Made by a program: the position numbers and the translations under genes. The notes beneath the pieces were generated by a model, which saw only the letters and a program-made list of their open reading frames with translations, searched no databases and was not told the origin of the DNA. 64,000 nucleotides of DNA from an uncultured delta proteobacterium (GTDB lineage: Bacteria > Desulfobacterota > RBG-13-43-22): the NCBI GenBank assembly GCA_963802945.1, contig CAWDKY010000016.1, positions 32,001 through 96,000 of the forward strand, in the 5' to 3' direction. Position 1 is the first letter of the stretch. Every line of letters begins with the position of its first letter. Below are positions 60,924 through 64,000 of this stretch, piece by piece.

Positions 60924-61232
60924 TTATCACCTTCAACAATTTATTTTTTCCCCGATCGGCACTTTCCTGGGCGAATTCGTTAACTTATGATAGCTATAAC
61001 CAAAGGATATTGTGAGAAGTTTTTAATATATCCTTATTGAGAAAAATTGGCAATTAAAAATAACCGGGCTCCCCGACATAATAAGGGTAATTTCCGCCAT
61101 ACTTTAGTTCGCCTGAGCAGGCTCCCGCGCAGGAGATGGCGGCGATGTTTCAGTCCCTACAGGCCATTTGAAATAAAGGATATAGTACCTTCTGACAACA
61201 AATCAAAAAAGTTCCTAAGGAGAGAAAAAGGC

Positions 61233-61424
61233 ATGGCCAACACGAATGAAAAGTGGGTAGAAGAACAGGCAGCTCTGACCAAACCGAATAGAATCCATTG
61301 GGTTCAGTGTACAGAAGACGAGATCCGGCGTCTTATTGAGATCGGCATCAGGGTAGAGATGACAGGCCCTCATCGGACCTTTCGGGAATTAAATCACGAT
61401 GCATTTCCAAACTCATACCTCCAT
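61233..61424 (+). pseudogene. pckG: N-terminal fragment of a canonical GTP-dependent PEP carboxykinase
   Basis: WVEEQAALTKPNRIHW...ELNHDAFPNSYLH, then similarity is lost; AAGGAGAG RBS upstream. Confidence 0.6.
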
Positions 61425-61588
61425 ATTATCATAGAAGAGGTTTTCTCGTTCTATTCCCCGGATTATGACTTGATGCAATACCCCTGCCGCATCGAGTCTG
61501 GCTGTATATGGCCTATGTTTACCCTCTCTCAAAGAATGGCGATTGTTAATTGAAACCAGGATATCCCTATCCGCTATAATAGTTCTTC

Positions 61589-63553
61589 TTATTTCTGCGC
61601 TGCTTCCATGAGCTGTTCCACGGTCACAATTGACCCATATTTCGCTTTCAAGCTTTCCAAGCCTTTGCGTTGTTCTTCGTAGACTTCAAACAATTTAGGA
61701 GGAACATGGTCTTCTTTTTTGTAGGCGGCTTCCTGTAAGTCAATGCGCCCGATGATGTTGTCCACATAGAAGGCGAACTGTTTGTCGTACAGCGCTTTCG
61801 GATATTCTTTGTCAATCCCGGCAAAAAGCTTTTTCAGGTCCTCGTATTTCGGGATAAATCCGATCGGCGTTTCGATGGCTTTGACATCGCCGTTGGCATA
61901 CAGTTCCAGCCAACCCAGCCACACTTTCACGTCGCGTTTTTCGCCCAGCAGTTTATTGCCTTCGCCGCCGCGCGCGCCGTGAGTCAGGAAGTAATTGATC
62001 CCGGCCATAGTCGGCTTGACTTTAATTTTCGGGGAGTTGAAGAAGAGAAACTGCGCGTCCATGTAATCGGCCAGTGGGCCCGGAATAAACGGCTCATTCG
62101 CCCAGGGCTGACGACGTACACCCGACACACCCACTTCCGTCGCCGTCGCGGCGGACAGGATTGACGCACCAATCACCACACCGTGATCCGGATTTTTGGC
62201 GACCACAATGGGTGGCATGGTGTCGCTATCACGGCCGCTGTAGGTGATCACTTTCACCGGTACGCCTTTTGGGTCTTCAGCCATTTTCTCGTTATAATTC
62301 GGCATATTGATGCTCAACAGGGTAAAGCGGGCGTTCGCGTTGGAAGGCGGAATCGGTTTGCCGTCTTCATCCAGTTTACCTTCCCACCATTCCCCCGTGT
62401 AATTCACGCCTTTTTTGGGGATTTCTTCACCGCAGCCAACCCAATAAGGGACTTTTTGCTCGTCAATTAAGACGTTCGTCCAGATCACTTCACAGCCCGG
62501 TTCGCGGATACACTTCATCAGATAGGGGTCGCCTTCGCGGTTCACGTCTTCCACGATCCCGAAGATGCCGAATTCTGGGTTGACGGCCCGCACAATGCCC
62601 TGATCATCAATCCAGATCTGGGCTAAATCGTCGCCGATAAAGTCTTCACCCACCATCGCCGTTGTGGTTTTGCCGCAGCCCGACGGCGCCGCACCGGCAA
62701 AATAGGTACTGCGTCCGCCCGGGCCGCACAGACCGGTGATAAACATGTGTTCCGAAAGCTGCGATTCTTTCTGATAGTACGTTGCTAAATCCACAGCAAA
62801 CCGATGATTGCCTTTCTTCATCAGCAGGGTGTTTCCGGCATAGGTGCAGTGCATGGAAAACGTGGTCAGCCAACTGCGATCCATAAATACGCGCATTTTC
62901 GGAAAATTGGCCGGATCTCCCGTGCCTTCACTGTGTACGTTCGTAATCACATACCCGGCCCGCGCTACTTCCGCGTCAAAGTGCGTATATACATTGCGAT
63001 ACAGCAAATTCGCAGAGTGCATAACGTAGGTTGAGGTGGTAATCTCAAGCGCCGGCAACGAGGCTTGCGCGCCAATCGGGCCACGGTTGAAGAACCCGAC
63101 CAGCAGCATTTTGCCTTGAGCGATGCCGGTCATCTGTTCTTTCACATAGGCATGCCCTTCCTGGCGCAGAATCTTTTTGGCCAGTACGCTCACCTCTTCA
63201 TCTTCGTTGACAATGTAGAGCGTTTTATCCACCACGCGGCCCTGTTCTTTGGCATAATCAAAGTGAATGGTGTGATCTGGCATGGCCAGGGGCGCTTCTT
63301 CGCCTTTGGCAATACTCATCTGGCGAACGGCTTGTATATCGGCCGCCGAACCGGTATTCACAAACACGGCATCCGGCTGCATCAAGGCAATAGCATTCGC
63401 AATCTTTAGTAAGGCTTCTTGATTCGTAATTTTCTGAAGCTTGGCCAGGTTAACCTGGTCGCATTTTTTCGCGAAAAGCGCCTGTGCTTCTTGTACTGTT
63501 TTTATCCCGCCCAGATCGGCGAGGATATCAATCCCTTTTTTCAGCTTTACCAT
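61589..63553 (-). CDS. pckG: Phosphoenolpyruvate carboxykinase (GTP), archaeal-like type
   Basis: YAGNTLLMKK, LSEHMFI, AAPSGCGKTTTAM, IGDDLA, NPEFGIFG, NARFT, ETPIGFIP. Confidence 0.92.
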   Translation of the reverse strand: MVKLKKGIDILADLGGIKTVQEAQALFAKKCDQVNLAKLQKITNQEALLKIANAIALMQPDAVFVNTGSAADIQAVRQMSIAKGEEAPLAMPDHTIHFDYAKEQGRVVDKTLYIVNEDEEVSVLAKKILRQEGHAYVKEQMTGIAQGKMLLVGFFNRGPIGAQASLPALEITTSTYVMHSANLLYRNVYTHFDAEVARAGYVITNVHSEGTGDPANFPKMRVFMDRSWLTTFSMHCTYAGNTLLMKKGNHRFAVDLATYYQKESQLSEHMFITGLCGPGGRSTYFAGAAPSGCGKTTTAMVGEDFIGDDLAQIWIDDQGIVRAVNPEFGIFGIVEDVNREGDPYLMKCIREPGCEVIWTNVLIDEQKVPYWVGCGEEIPKKGVNYTGEWWEGKLDEDGKPIPPSNANARFTLLSINMPNYNEKMAEDPKGVPVKVITYSGRDSDTMPPIVVAKNPDHGVVIGASILSAATATEVGVSGVRRQPWANEPFIPGPLADYMDAQFLFFNSPKIKVKPTMAGINYFLTHGARGGEGNKLLGEKRDVKVWLGWLELYANGDVKAIETPIGFIPKYEDLKKLFAGIDKEYPKALYDKQFAFYVDNIIGRIDLQEAAYKKEDHVPPKLFEVYEEQRKGLESLKAKYGSIVTVEQLMEAAQK

Positions 63554-64000
63554 CGAGTCGTCTCCTTTTCTTAAAGATTATAAGCTACTGCCGCTAATGA
63601 AGCGGTGCTGAGCGATTTTTCGAGAATACCGCCCGCAAGGGCATGCAGCCGAGTGAGCGCGCGCTCCTGCAATTGGGTTCGGCGCATTATGCATCAAGTT
63701 CTATTCCTTCTTTTGATTCTTTTATATCATCTGTATTGTACAGATGCAAGGTGCTGTGTGTGCACGCACAGAGACGCTTCATTCGGCGTCAGCGGGAGGC
63801 GGCACGAAACGGAAAAGTCGCCGCCTCTTAATATTCCGAAAACATCCAGGATAAGTAAGGTCAAGGAGGAAAACGGAAGGTTTCCCCGACCATCGGCCAT
63901 CTATTCTTCTTTAACCAGGTTGGTGCCTTTCAAATAAATTCCTTGTCGTTGATCTCCGAGAGGATCTATTTTGGGTCCACCGGCCACTGGATGCGCAGCA

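Noticed and set aside
61060-61170. ZMP/ZTP or fluoride riboswitch upstream of the pckG fragment
   Set aside because: Only isolated sub-motifs (CGCCTGAGCA, GGCGATG) are present, not in the required order or structure

Overview
A 64-kb bacterial chromosome segment. Gene content and repeat style suggest an anaerobic Desulfobacterota/deltaproteobacterium (inference). It is probably an imperfect assembly, since many single-base frameshifts cluster at 33-45 kb and 53-61 kb. Housekeeping and metabolic content, in order: SGNH hydrolase, mgtA, GNAT, arsM with an HgcC/AbrB-like regulator, a decayed defence islet (hicB, dead hicA, four-helix-bundle gene, collapsed type IIG R-M gene), YbhG/F/F/S/R-TolC efflux operon, iscS-iscU-Zn ribbon-dsrE2-tusA, hemerythrin, TetR, MetE-like protein, SDR, HIT-lapA-mutS-amidase, PBP1A, tRNA-Lys and tRNA-Glu, an acyl-CoA catabolic cluster with a LIV-type ABC transporter, GT9/flippase/UbiA envelope genes, and a full plus a truncated GTP-PEPCK. 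Most notable unannotated structure: (1) an orphan integron cassette (clear attC) encoding a PD-(D/E)XK-like nuclease, beside a Y1/RAYT transposase bounded by 26-bp terminal inverted repeats; (2) a family of intergenic hairpins built from 7-9-nt tandem repeats, one of which sits in frame inside the four-helix-bundle gene; (3) nested MITE/REP elements; (4) a probable sigma54-driven ~70-nt sRNA with an anti-Shine-Dalgarno seed; (5) a thiolase-fold enzyme with an Ltp2-aldolase-like Tyr in a cluster lacking a hydroxyacyl-CoA dehydrogenase. All calls were made by eye from the sequence and ORF track; no searches were run.
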